Shown here piece by piece: positions 40,760 through 53,322 of a stretch of DNA of 64,000 bases. The stretch spans positions 6,262,001 to 6,326,000 of the forward strand of contig NC_058383.1 in assembly GCF_018350175.1 (NCBI RefSeq), given 5' to 3'. Each line of letters begins with the position of its first letter. Positions within the stretch are counted from its first letter, which is position 1. This DNA is from Felis catus (lineage: Eukaryota). The position numbers and the translations under genes are program-made. The notes below the pieces were generated by a model. That model was not told the origin of the DNA, made no database searches, and was given only the letters and a program-made list of their open reading frames with translations.

Positions 40760-41056
40760 TAAAATGTTTTAATTTAAACTTGAAATCTGAAACACACAGA
40801 AATGGATTTATCAATATGCTCTTATGACTGCATAGGATCCCATGAATGCCAATTCAAACGAAGACCTACAATATTTACCTGTATAGCTCCTGCTGATAGC
40901 AACAAAAGGAGCTGTGCATCTCTGATAGTCTAATAAATAAGACAATTTTGCAAATGCTAGACAATAGAAAGCAAGGGGAGATTGATAGAAAATATTGGGC
41001 CATCATCAAGTGCTGTCAAAAGCAAATGAGAAAATACATATTAAGAATTTAGCACA

Positions 41057-41270
41057 GGGGTGCCTGGCTGGCTCAGTTGATTGAGTGTCCAACTTCAGCT
41101 CGGGTCACGATCTCACAGTTCATGAGTTCAAGCCCTGCTTTGGGCTCTGTGCTGATAGCTCAGGGCCTGAAGCCTGCTTCGGATTCTGTGTCTCCCCCTC
41201 TCTGTGCCCCTCCCCCACTCATGCTCTGTCTCTGTCTCTCAAAAATAAATAAACATTAAAAAAATAAAAA
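41057..41270 (+). mobile_element. Can-SINE (first of a tandem pair)
   Basis: flanked by aagaatttagca. Confidence 0.9.
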
Positions 41271-41283
41271 AAGAATTTAGCAT

Positions 41284-41402
41284 GGGGGTGCCTGGCTGGC
41301 TCAGGCAGAAGAGCATGTGACTCTTGATCTTGGGGTTGTGAGTTCAGGCCCCACGTCAAATGTAGAGATTACTTAAAAATAAAATCTTTGTTAAAAGAAA
41401 AA
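41284..41402 (+). mobile_element. Can-SINE, short older type (second of the tandem pair)
   Basis: flanked by aagaatttagca. Confidence 0.88.
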
Positions 41403-41598
41403 AAGAATTTAGCACAATGTTGGCATAGAGACAGAACACAAAGCTACTGTTATTGTAATAATGAGGTGGCATCAATTACTGTGAAGAAATTTTGTCACCT
41501 AATCTGTCACATGATTAAAGCTTACCAGATCAAGGGAAAATACACCAATGGCACTTTTAGAGTGCTTCACAAATTTTGCCAATTTTCAAGAATGTAGT

Positions 41599-41788
41599 AT
41601 TTTTTTTAATTTTTAATGTTTATTTTTGAGAGAGAGACAGAGCACAAGCAGAGGAGGAGCAGAGAGAGAGGGAGACACAAAATCTGAAGTAGGTTCCAGG
41701 CCCAAAGTGGGGCTCGAACTCAGAAACCATGAGATCATGACCTGAGCCTAAGTCAGACACTTAACCAACGGAGCCACCCAGGCACCCC
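41599..41788 (-). mobile_element. Can-SINE; TSD aagaat(g/a)tagt
   Basis: head, body, tail. Confidence 0.9.
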
Positions 41789-41992
41789 AAGAATATAGTG
41801 TTTTACTATAAACATTTTAATATATTCATATGATATATTGCTCTGCAAACTTTTCACTTAACATATTTTTTGTATAACAGCATTATCAGATATAATTCAT
41901 ACACTATACAGCTCATCTATTTAAAGTGTGTGATTCAGTGGTTTTTTAGTATATTCACAGGGCCACAGGATTGTACAACCATCACCATCAAT

Positions 41993-42222
41993 TTTATTTT
42001 ATTTTTTTAAGTTTATTTATTTTGAGAGAGAGAGAGAGAGAGAGAGCGCACAGGAGTGAACGTGAGCAGGGGAGGGGCAGAGAGAGAGGGAGAGAATCGC
42101 AAGCAGGCTCCATGCTGTGAGCACAGAGCCCAAAGTGGGGCTCGATCTCACAAACTGTGAAATCATGAGCTGAGCCGAAATCAAGAGTCAGACGCTTAAC
42201 CAACTGAGCCACCCAGGCACCC
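41993..42222 (-). mobile_element. Can-SINE; TSD catcaccatcaatttt
   Basis: direct repeat on flanks. Confidence 0.92.
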
Positions 42223-43209
42223 CATCACCATCAATTTTAGAACATTTTCATCATCCCTCCAGATAGAGATCCCCTACTCATCAGCAATTATTCTTCAGTT
42301 AACCTCAACTCCCTCTACCCCGCTCCTAGGCAGCCACTTATCTACTTTATGTCTTTGTGGATGTGCCTATCCTGGTCAGTTCATATAAACGGAATCATAC
42401 AGTACACAGTATTTTGTGACTGGCTTTGTCCGCTAAGCAGGTTTTTTAAAGTTCACCCATGTTGTAGCATGAATCAGTGATACTCCATTGTACGGAAAGA
42501 CCACATTTTCTTTATCCATTTATCAGCTCACAGACATTTGGGTTGTTTCCAATTCAGGGCCACTATGAATAATGCCATACAAGTTGTTGTGTAGACATAG
42601 ATTTTTGTTTCTCTTGTTGGGAACCTACGAGCCGTTATGCTGCACATTTCGAGGACGTGTCAGACTGTTTTCCTCAGCATCCGCACCATTTTATCTTCCC
42701 ACTAGCGGTGTCTAAGGGCTCCCATTTCTCCACGCCCTCGCTAATACTTACTGTCTCCGTGNNNNNNNNNNNNNNNNNNNNNNNNNNNNNNNNNNNNNNN
42801 NNNNNNNNNNNNNNNNNNNNNNNNNNNNNNNNNNNNNNNNNNNNNNNNNNNNNNNNNNNNNNNNNNNNNNNNNNNNNNNNNNNNNNNNNNNNNNNNNNNN
42901 NNNNNNNNNNNNNNNNNNNNNNNNNNGAATTCTTCATTCTAAATATGTCAATATCTACAGACAAGATATCCTCATCAGATACAGGATTTGCAAATATTCT
43001 CTCATTCTGTGGGCTTTCATTTTCTTGATGGTGTTCTTCGAAGCAACAAAGTTTTAATTTTGAGAAAGCCCAATGTACCTATTTTCTTTGTCGCTTGTGC
43101 TTTTGGGGTCATGTTTAAGAAGGCCTTGCCTAACAAAAGGTGTTAGAAATTTACTCCTTTATTTTCTTCTAAGAGTTTTAATACTTTTAGCTTTTTTACA
43201 CTTTCAGTT

Positions 43210-43423
43210 CTTTTTTATTACAAAAAAAAATTTTTTTAAGTTTATTTCGAGAGAGACAGAGACAGCGCAAGTGGGGTAGGGACAGGAGGAGAGAATCCCA
43301 AGGAGGCTCTGTGCTGCCAGCACAGGGCCTGACTCAGGGCTTGAACTCGTGAAACAGTGAGATCATGACCTGAGCCGAAACCAAGAGTTGGCTGCTTAAC
43401 CAACTGAGCCACCCAGGGCACCC
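43210..43423 (-). mobile_element. Can-SINE; TSD ttttacactttca
   Basis: direct repeat on flanks. Confidence 0.9.
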
Positions 43424-43703
43424 TTTTACACTTTCAATTCTTAACTAGACATTTAGCCTATGATCTATTTTGGGTTCATTTTTGTGTGTGATGTGAAGAC
43501 GTCCAACTTCACTCCCTGACAGATGGCTATCCAGTTATACCAGCACCATTTACTGAGAAGAATATTTTTTTCCCCATTGACTTGTCTGGACTCTTGCTGA
43601 AAATTAATTCCCTGTAAATTTGAGAGCTTATCTGTGATCCTTCAATTCTAGTCCGTTGATCTACATGTGTTTCCTCATACCATGACCACACTGTCTTGAT
43701 TAC

Positions 43704-44014
43704 TGTCTTAGTCTGTTCAGGCTATATAACAAAATACTACAGATTAGGTAGCTTATAAAAAACAATTACTTCTCACAGTTCTGAAAGTCTGAGATCAGGG
43801 TGACAGCACAGTTGGACAAGGGTTCTCTTCCAGGATGCAGACTTCTTGTATATCCTCAGCAGAAGGGGCTACAGATCCCTCTGGAATCTGTTATAAGGCA
43901 GTAATCCTATTCTTTAAGTTTCCACCCTCATGACTGAAGTACCTCCCAAAGGCTCCACCTACTAATACTGTCACCTTTGGGGGGAGGGGAAACATAAACA
44001 TTCAGACCATAGTA
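43704..44014 (-). mobile_element. MaLR solo LTR (MLT1-like) with 5-bp TSD attac
   Basis: tgtcttagtctgttcaggct start; attac at 43699-43703 and 44015-44019. Confidence 0.85.
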
Positions 44015-44431
44015 ATTACCATTCGCTTTATAGTAAGTTTTGAAATTAGGAAGCATGAGTCCTCCTCCAATTTCATTCTTTTTCAAGACTGTTTTGGTTA
44101 CTCTGGATCTGTTAAACTGTCATGAATTTTAGAATCAGCTTGTTAATTTTGGAGGGGCAGTGAGGGAAAGCCAGCATGGAATTTGAAAAGGATTTCACTG
44201 AGCCTGCAGGTGTATGGGGGGAGTAGTGTCATTCTAACAAGCTTAAATCTTCTACTCCATGAACATGGGATGCCCCCCTCTTTCATTTAAGTCTTCTTTA
44301 ACTTTGTTTCATAATTTTCAGAGTATCAGTTTTATACTTCTTTTGTTAAACATATTCCTAAGTACTGTATTTTAATCTTTTAGATGCTATTGCAAATGGA
44401 ACTGTTCCCTTCATTACATTTTCAAATTGTT

Positions 44432-44648
44432 TCTTTTATTTTTTCTTTTTTAATGTTTACTTATTTATTTTGAGAGAGAGAACAAGTGAGCAGAGGAGGT
44501 GCAGAGGGAGGGAGAGAGAGTATCCCAAGCAGACTACACACTGTCAACGCAGAGCCCAACATGGGGCTTGAACCCATGAACCACAATATCACAACCTGAG
44601 CCAAAACCAAGAGTTGGATGTTCAACTGACTGAGGCACCCAGGGGCCC
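44432..44648 (-). mobile_element. Can-SINE, diverged
   Basis: head, body, tail. Confidence 0.85.
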
Positions 44649-45396
44649 TTCAAGTTGTTCATTTGTAGTATACAGAAATACAACTGATTTTTGTATATTC
44701 AACTTGTATCTTACAATTTTGAATTCATTTATTAGCTCTAATACTTGTATTATTTTGAATTTTCTGTATGTAAGATCATACCATCTACAGATCTAGCTTA
44801 CTTCTTCCTTTCCAATCTGAATGATTTTCTTCATTTCTCATGCTTAACTGCCCAGTACTTCCAATACAATACTGAATAAAAGGGGTGGACATCCTTTATC
44901 TTGGTCCTTATTGTAAGGGGAAAGCATTCAGACTTTCAACCATTGAGTACGATGTTAGCTGTGGGGTTTTCATAAATGCCCATATTTAGTTGAGGAAATT
45001 TCCTTCTGTTCCTAGTGTGTTGAGTGTTTTTATCATGAAGCACTATTAGCTTTTGTCAAATACTTTTTCTGCATCTACTAAGATGATCATTTAGTGCTTG
45101 TCCTGTATCTGTAGGTGTGAGGTAGTACATTAATTGATTTTCAGATGGTATGCCAACCCTGCATTCTGAGATAAATTCCACTTGGTTATGGTGCATCATC
45201 TTTTTAGTGTGCTGCTGGTATTCAGTTTGCTATGAATTTATCAACATTTTTTGTTCTATATTCATAATAGATATTGGTCTATAGATTTCCTTTCCTTTTC
45301 ATTTTGTATCAGGGTGATAAAGACTCATAAAAAATGAGGTGAAAAGTGGACTCTTCTGTTCTTTCTCTTTAAGTTGGTGAAGAATTGGTATTCATT

Positions 45397-45614
45397 TTTC
45401 TTTTTTTAAAAAACATCTTTTTAATGTTTATTTTTAAGAGAGAGTGCGCGTGTATGCACAAATGGGGGAGGGGCAGAGAGAGGGGGACACGGGATCTGAA
45501 GCGGGCTCTGCGCTGACAACAGACAGCCCAACATGGGACTCGAACCCATGAACCACAAGATTATGAGCTGAGCCGAAGTTGAACGCCCAACCAATAGAGT
45601 CACCCAGGTACCCC
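45397..45614 (-). mobile_element. Can-SINE; TSD ggtattcattttt
   Basis: direct repeat on flanks. Confidence 0.9.
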
Positions 45615-46156
45615 GGTATTCATTTTTAATATGTAGTAGAATTTGCCAGTAAGCCATCTAGACCTGGCTTTTTCTTGTGGAAAGTGTTTTCAATTACTTA
45701 TCTAATCTCTTTACTTTTTATACATCTATTCAGATTTTTCATTTCTTCTTAAATCAGCTTTGGTAGCTTGTGTCTTTCTAGAAATTTGTCAGTTCACACA
45801 GGTTATCAATTTGTTGGCATACAGTTGTTTACAGCATTCCCTGATAATCCTTTTTTATTTCTATATTGTCAGTAGTAATATGTTTTCTTCAATATAATCT
45901 TTATGCCCTTCCTTCCCCATGGAAATACACATACACACACTTTCTCTCTTTTTCGTCTTTTCTGTGGCTAGATCATAATTTATAGCTCCTGCTTGCTGTT
46001 TTGTTTCTGTAATTACAAAAATACTTGTAAAAAATGAAAACTTGGAAATGTGAGTAGAAAATGAATGCCCCTGAAATCTCATCATTACTCTTTGCTTAGG
46101 ATTCTCCTGGCTAGTTACACATGCTTATCATTCCCACTAAATTTTAGGATCATTTT

Positions 46157-46375
46157 GGGGCGCCTGGGTAGCTCAGTCGGTTAAGTGTCCGATTTCAGCT
46201 CAGGTCATGATCTCATGGTTCATGAGTTCGAGGCCTGTGTAGGGCTCTGTGCTGACAGCTTGGAGCCTGGAGCCTGCCTTGGATTCTGTGTCTCCCTCTC
46301 TCTCTGCCCTTGCCTTGCTCACACTGTCTCTCTCAAAAAGTGAATAAATGGTAAAAAAAAAAAAAAAAAAAATTA
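46157..46375 (+). mobile_element. Can-SINE; TSD attttaggatcattttg
   Basis: direct repeat on flanks. Confidence 0.92.
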
Positions 46376-46699
46376 ATTTTAGGATCATTTTGAGCAAATT
46401 CAAAAAAATTACTTCATGAATAAATTTGAGGGGAATCTATCTCTTTACCATATGAAGTATTCCTATTGTTGAAGGCAGTACATTGATCCATTTATTACAT
46501 TCTTCTTTAATGCTCTTAAGTGATGTTTTAAAGTGTGTCATAAAAGTTTTCCACATTTCTAATTGCATTTATGCTGAACTGTCTTTTTGTTACTATTGTG
46601 AATGGGAGTGTCCCTTTCACTGAATTTTCTAATTGTTCTTTGGATATAGGAGAGCTATTAATTTTCTTCCATTAATTTAACATCAGCCATCATTTTCAA

Positions 46700-47140
46700 C
46701 TCTCTTCAAATGCACCTGCAATGTTCTGTTCCCTTCAACTTCTCTTTTCTTTCCCACAATTTGAAAGTCTCAAAGGCTCTCACATCAAACTAAAATGTTC
46801 AAAACTGAAGTTGAAACCTTCCTACTCTACTTCCTACTCTCCCAGAATCCATTACTTCAGAGACGGTCAGCTACGCGCAACAGCTGCACAAGCCAGAAAT
46901 CTATGCTTTTCCTTCTCCATCTCTCTCTAATGCCTTGACTCCTCACCATCTCTACCCTTGTTCAAGTCCCCAACATCGGCCATCACCAAGTACTCTTTTC
47001 AAAATTTAAACCTCTGATCTCTTTCCTTTTTAAAAATTCCATACTGGCTTCCCATTGCAAAATTCCATCTGTCATGTTCTGACCCCAACCTACCTTGCCT
47101 TTCCAGCCTCAAACATTATCCACCAGCTCCAGGCCCTCGT
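46700..47140 (+). mobile_element. L2 relic
   Basis: cacatcaaactaaaatgttcaaaactgaa...ggcttcccattgc...ctgaccccaacctacc resembles L2 3' region. Confidence 0.45.
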
Positions 47141-47145
47141 GTTTC

Positions 47146-47389
47146 TTTTTTTTTTTTTTTTTTTTTTTTTAAATATTGGCTTTTTCAACGTTTATTTATT
47201 TTTGGGACAGAGAGAGACAGAGCATGAACGGGGGAGGGGCAGAGAGAGAGGGAGACACAGAATCGGAAACAGGCTCCAGGCTCTGAGCCATCAGCCCAGA
47301 GCCTGACGCGGGGCTTGAACTCACGGACCGCGAGATCGTGACCTGGCTGAAGTCGGACGCTTAACCGACTGCGCCACCCAGGCGCCCCC
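47146..47389 (-). mobile_element. Can-SINE, youngest feline subtype; bipartite tail and no TSD
   Basis: element reads ...aacgttgaaaaa-gccaatattt-(A)25; flanks share no direct repeat. Confidence 0.93.
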
Positions 47390-47811
47390 TACGACTCATT
47401 TTTAAACAAATATGTTAGACACCAATTCTGTGTGAGGCTCTGAGGATACAACAGCGGACAGAAAAACGAAGCTTACTTCTTTCAGTGTAGACCACAGCGT
47501 GGTGGCTTCAACTCCCAACTCCTGGGTGCCCCTCTACTGTGGACACATCTTGTCTCTTACATTCCATAATTTCCTAATCACATACCACAATCTCCTAATG
47601 TTGGGGATAAGAGCAAATTACATAATGTTCACTTCGCGTCGGGAAATGCATGGAAGTTTTAACTTGAGGTATCTTCAATTAGTAAGACACCCTCTTCACT
47701 AGGTCGCTGACAAAGGCAGTTTCCCTAAAACACCGCTTGTGGTTTCACCCACCCCCAGGATGAGTGGCCATGGCACAAATTTAGTACTTTATTATAATAA
47801 CCAACTTTAGA

Positions 47812-48032
47812 AATTTTCTGTCTTTTTTTAAGGTTCTGTATTTTGAGAAAGAGAGAATGAGAGAGCGAGAGAGAGCAGGGTAGGGGCAGAGAGAGGGGGG
47901 AGAGAGAATCCCAGGCAGGGTCCGTACTGGCAATGAGGAGCCTGATGCGGGGCTCAAACTCACAAACCATGACTTGACCTGAGCCAAAACCAAGAGTTAG
48001 ATGCTTAACCGACTGAGCCATCCAGGTGTCCC
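47812..48032 (-). mobile_element. Can-SINE
   Basis: head, body, tail. Confidence 0.88.
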
Positions 48033-48039
48033 AAGAAAC

Positions 48040-48620
48040 GTTCTAATTTGTGTCAATACTTCCACCGTTTTTCTGTTTGCCAAGGCTAGAGACTTCTGGC
48101 TGTCATTTTTATTCCCCCTTGCTCCTGTACTTACACGTGTCACCAAGTCCTATCTTTTCCTTCTCCTACAGGTCTCTCGAATTTGCCCCTTCCCCTACTT
48201 TTGTACCCGCTCTCCCATTCTTGGCTTCACTGACTCACAGCTCAATGGAAAAGCAATGGCACCCTCCCTCCTCAGGACACTCAGCCACAATAGTGTCTCA
48301 ACCTTCTGAGAAGCTATTTACATGTCCCGAGGCTCTAAAAGCTCCAATGGCTTATTTTATTCCAAGGCATATTTTACCGCTAATCTAAATTTCTCCCTGG
48401 GTTCAAAGGTGCTCCATTCCCTCATATCACTTGTGTTTCCCACCATTCTTCAAAGTATAGCTTGGTTCATCACCGCCTCCTACCACCCCAACTGTTACCA
48501 CCTCTACGTCATTATTATTCCACTCAACCCATTCGACAGCCTCCTTCTCTTCGCTGAGCTCCAGTCTTCACAGTCCAGGCAAGGCCCCTTGTCGGTGAAG
48601 CCACTCAGACCGGTATTTCC
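48040..48620 (+). mobile_element. L2 relic
   Basis: caagtcctatcttttccttctc...caatggcttattt...ctccagtcttcacagtcc resembles L2 3' region. Confidence 0.4.
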
Positions 48621-49174
48621 TGAATGCCACTCAGTGATAACACTTTCACTAGTGCCGAAATGAAAAAAGTGAGGACAATATGGTGTGGTTTTTGTAAAAG
48701 GGAACTAAATCATTTTAAATGCCTGTCCTGTGTTCTGGTGTTAGGTCTTTTCTCTATTTTTTTCCTATTACGATATCCCATCCTTAATGAAAATGAGGTA
48801 AGAGAAAATGGTGATAGTTTCACCAGTGACTTGGCAAAATAAATAGCTGACAATCTTATGTTACATTTATGTTAGTTTCACCTGATCTGAAAATTGCTGC
48901 TCGTAACCACCAGCAATCTACTCCCTCGTCTTGCTCCTAGTTAGGAACCATACGGTTGAGTTGACTGTTACTCTTCACACAGGCGGGCCTCACCCCCCCC
49001 ACTCCCCCCCCAGGTAAGAGAGGGGCTTCGACAGGGGTTTCATGTAGAGCTGGCCAAACAATCGACAGCCACGAAACATAGACTCTGATAAGCAAGAACC
49101 AAAAAGCCAGAGAGAGTAACAGTGATATAAATATAGAAAATTAAGGTATCTCAATCATTTAAAACATCTAAGTA

Positions 49175-49407
49175 GGGGTACCTGGGTGGCTTAGTCGGGT
49201 AAGCGTCCGACTTCGCCTCAGGTCATGTCACGGTTCATGAGCTTGAGCCCCACATCGGGCTTTGTGCTGACAGCTCGGAGCCTGAAGTCTGCTTTAGATT
49301 CTGTGTCTCCCTCTCTCTCTGTTCCTCCCCGGCTCATACTCTGTCTCTCTCTCTCTCTCTCTCTCAAAAATAAATACATATTTTTTTTTAATTAAAAAAA
49401 AAAAAAA
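49175..49407 (+). mobile_element. Can-SINE
   Basis: head, body, (CT)n, tail. Confidence 0.9.
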
Positions 49408-49519
49408 CGACAACTGAGTGTTAAGATAACAATTACATTAAAAATTTCAATTCAATGTGGCCAACACTGGATTCATAAGATCACTTAAATTAAAAAAAAA
49501 AAAAAAGATCAATCATGAT

Positions 49520-51370
49520 CCAGGAATTCCACCCTTAGGCATAGAATCAACAGGAATGCACACGTATGTTCGCCACATAGAATGGTTATAGCAGCACAGT
49601 TAGCAATAACCAAAGACCAAGAACCAATGAGACATCTATCAAGAGTACAATGAATAAAGAAGTTGTATTCACAAAATGGAGTATTATACAGCACTGAGAC
49701 AGATGAACACAACTACACACAAAATTAGGAAGGAATCTCACAAACACGATATGAACAGAAGACACAGCAGATGTTATACACAGTGCCATTTACACAGAAC
49801 ACAGAATCCACAGAGCTAATATATACTGTTGAAGTCAGATATGGCCAGGCTCTGTCTCTTGATCTGGGTGCTAATGACACATGTGTGTTCAGTTTGAGAA
49901 TTCGGTGTGCTGTACACTTAAATATTTATAAATCAATCATAAAAATCAATGGAACAGAAAATACAAATATAGACCCATAGGTATGAGATCAATTGATTTT
50001 CATCAAAAGTGCCAGGATAATTCAATGAGGGGGAAAAAAGGATAGTCTTCTCCAGCCTGGAAAATGGGATATGCAGTTAGAATAAATCGGATATCCTTAG
50101 GGTAAAAATAAACAAGCTTCAACTCCTACCTCACATCATACATAAAAAGTGACTTGAAATGGAGCACAGACTTAAACATTACGTACCATTAAGAAAATGA
50201 AAACGCATTTTTCCCCAGTCAGGGAAAAATCTTTGTAAACAGAAAATTTGTAAACAGAAAAAACAGAAAAAATTTGTAAACAAAAAAAAATTTTTTTGTA
50301 CAAAAAAAAATTTGTAAACAGAATATATAAAGAACTCTTACAACTCAATAATCAAAAGAAAAACCACCCAACTTAAAAATGGGCAAAGAATGGGCACCTG
50401 GGTGGCTCAGTTGGTTGGGCATCTGACTTCGGATCAGGTCATGATCTCATGGTTTGTGAGTTCAAGACCCACGTCGGGCTCTGTGCTGACAACTTGGAGC
50501 CTGGAGCCTGCTTTGGATTCTGTGTCTCCCTCTCTCTCTGCCCCTCCCCACTCATGCTCTGTTTCTCTCTCCTTCAGATATAAATAAACATTAAAAACAA
50601 TTAAAAAAAAATAATCACAGAAGAAGATATCACTTCACTGAAGAAGATATCAAATGGCCAGTAAGCGCAATTAAACATGGCCAACATCACTAGTGATCGG
50701 TGACATGCCCCTGAAAACCACAATCAGGTGTCACTACAGTACCCACTAGAATAGCTAAAACTAAAAAGACTGACAATACTAAGTGCTGGCGAGGATGTAG
50801 AAGAACAACTCTCAGACATAGCTGGTGGAAGTGTAAATCAGAACAGCTGCTTTGGACAACTGTTTAGTAGACATGTACCCTATGACCTAGCAATTCTACT
50901 CCTGGATTCTTGTCCAAAGAAATGAAAATGTAATAGCCACAAAAAGATGTGTACGTGAAAGCTGACAACAGTTTTATTCATAATCACTAAAATGATAACC
51001 TAGCATCTATCAACAAGTGAACGGACAAATGGTGGTATCTCTATAAAAAAGAATGAATTACTGATACAGTCAAAACATGGGTAAATCTCAGCATTAAAAA
51101 CACTTTAGAGTACATGCCATATGACTGCATGTATATGATACTTTAGAATGGGCAAAATTAATCATTATAAAAAGCAAATCACCGGGTGACTGGGTCCAGG
51201 GGCTAGGTGGGGAAACTAGCTGCAAAAGGTCATCAGGAACTTTCCAGAGTAATGAAAAGATTACAGATCTTGACTTGCGTGGTGGTTATATGAGTGCCAT
51301 ACATTTGTTACAACTCACTGAACTATATATACACTTAAAATGAGTGCACTTTACTCTAGGTCAATTATAT
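49520..51370 (+). mobile_element. Old L1 ORF2 end and 3' UTR relics
   Basis: gaatatataaagaactcttacaactcaataa, atgacctagcaattctactcc, terminal ttatatttcaataaagg. Confidence 0.7.
50392..50610 (+). mobile_element. Can-SINE inside L1
   Basis: head, body, tail. Confidence 0.9.
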
Positions 51371-51475
51371 TTCAATAAAGGTTATTTTAAAAGTAAGAAA
51401 GGTCATAGTGGTGGACAAGAATACAGAATGACACGAGAAGATAATCGGTGTATTTTATTGGAAAAAGTTAGGTTT

Positions 51476-51670
51476 CTTTTTTTTATTAATTTTTTTAAGT
51501 TTATTTTGAGAGACACCAGCAAGCAAGCAGGGGAGGGGCAGAGAGAATCCCAAGCAGGCTCCACATTGTCAGCGTGGAGCCCAATGTGGGGCTCAAACTC
51601 ACAAACCACGAGATCGAGATCCAAGCCGAAAGAGTACGATGCTTAACCAACTGAGCCACTCAGGCACCCC
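51476..51670 (-). mobile_element. Can-SINE
   Basis: head, body, tail. Confidence 0.88.
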
Positions 51671-51804
51671 AAAACGTTACATTTCTACTATCATCGACCA
51701 TTAAAAGAAAAAAAGGCTCCATGGAGAAATGTATGCTTCGAGGACCAGGACACGTAATATATACTTGTGAGCACCTTGTAGTGACAAAAAGTAAGAAAAT
51801 GCTC

Positions 51805-51860
51805 AAAAAAAAAAAAAAAAAAAAAAAAAAAGAAAAAGAAAAAGAAAAGAAAAGAAAAAA
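51805..51860. repeat. Long A-run plus (GAAAA)n
   Basis: direct read. Confidence 0.9.
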
Positions 51861-52888
51861 GGAATGAAAGAAAAAGAAAACAAAGGGAAAGAAATAGAAT
51901 CCCACCACACTTCCAACTTGGATAAAACTGACATGTTACTTACTAGGTTTCCTGAATGACAGAACACACACCAATAGGAATGATGAAATAGATACATAAG
52001 ACACACATACACATAGCTCTGCACACAAATTAAAGGAACCTCTAAAAGATAGAGACCAAACAAGAAAAAGAGGAAAACTTTAGCCATATACAGATGACAC
52101 AGCCACAGGCAGGTGACTGTGACTGCAGAAGGTGGGACCAACATTGTGGCATCCCAGGCATGGCCACAGGAGTGGCGAGTCACTGTGGCAGGTGTGGCAA
52201 GGTTCCTCGTCAGGCATGCCCACTGTCCAATGGGAGCCAGCGACCCAGGGCCAGGCTCTGCCTCCAGCTGCGGGACTGACTGCAGAGTGTGGTTCTGGGA
52301 CACAGGATGGTGTGTGGGCAGAAGCAGGGGGCGGGGTTCAAGTTCAGAGCTCATTCATCGCACAGAATAACAGCTCTCCTGCAGCACGTCTCTCCCTCAT
52401 CCCTCCATCCCTCTCACACCTTGACTGAGAAGCAGGAAATCCCAGTTGCAGAAAGAAATACATAACTAGGAATCACTAAATGTTTACAGAAGTTGCATCA
52501 TGGGAGAGAAAATAAACTCAATAAAATCATTTTCCTTCTAAAACAGAGAATACCCATTCTTTTCGAACACACGTGGAATTTAGAAAAGCGGACTGTGTTC
52601 TAAGCTACAAAGGAAACTTAAATTTCCCAAGCTGATAAACAGTCCACATTCATTCACTAAATGTAATAAAACATCCACACCAAATATATAGCCTAAACAA
52701 ATCCTCACTTCTGGAAATTTTTAAATCTATTTTTAAATAACTCTTGTGGTCAAAGTGGAAAGGAGAAGCTATTTAGAATCAAGTGAGAACAAAAAATACT
52801 ATATGTTAAAATACATAGGCTTAACTTCATTAAAAACCCAGAAAGATGGAAAACATGTGAACCAAGCTTCCAACTCAAAAAAGATAAA

Positions 52889-53105
52889 GGGGCTCCTGGG
52901 TGGTTCAGTCCGTCAAGTGTCTGAGTTCACTCAGGTCATGATCTCACAGTTCGTGAGTTCAAGCCCCACATGGGGCTCTATGCTGACAGCTCTGAGTGTG
53001 GAGCCTGCTTCGGATTCTGTGTCTCCCTCTCTTTCTGCCCCTCCCTGCTCACACTCTGTCTCTCTCTCTCTCTCTGTCTCAAAAATAAACATTAAAAAAA
53101 ATTTA
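52889..53105 (+). mobile_element. Can-SINE, older, host of a nested young SINE
   Basis: head, body, tail. Confidence 0.9.
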
Positions 53106-53108
53106 AGA

Positions 53109-53322
53109 GGGGCGCCTGGGAGGCGCAGTCGGTTAAGCGTCTGACTTCAGCCGGGTCACGATCTCCCGGTCCGTGAGTTCGAGCCCCGCGTCAGGCTCTG
53201 GGCTGATGGCTCAGAGCCTGGAGCCTGTTTCCAATTCTGTGTCTCCCTCTCTCTCTGCCCCTCCCCCGTTCATGCTCTGTCTCTCTCTGTCCCAAAAATA
53301 AATAAACGTTGAAAAAAAAAAA
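53109..53322 (+). mobile_element. Can-SINE, youngest feline subtype, inserted at the tail of the previous SINE
   Basis: diagnostic gcgcag / gggctgatggctc / cccgttcatg / gtcccaaaa. Confidence 0.93.

Larger units (their letters stand above)
41830..45900 (-). mobile_element. Old L1 (ORF2 and 3' UTR) relic fragmented by SINEs, an MLT1 LTR and an N gap
   Basis: T-rich antisense L1 text (ccagcaccatttactgaga.., gttagctgtggggttttcataaatgccc.., gagataaattccacttggttatgg). Confidence 0.75.

Noticed and set aside
52080-52430. GC-richer patch with a CCAAT box and a GC box
   Set aside because: Single short motifs are expected by chance; few CpGs; probably an old repeat remnant I cannot name
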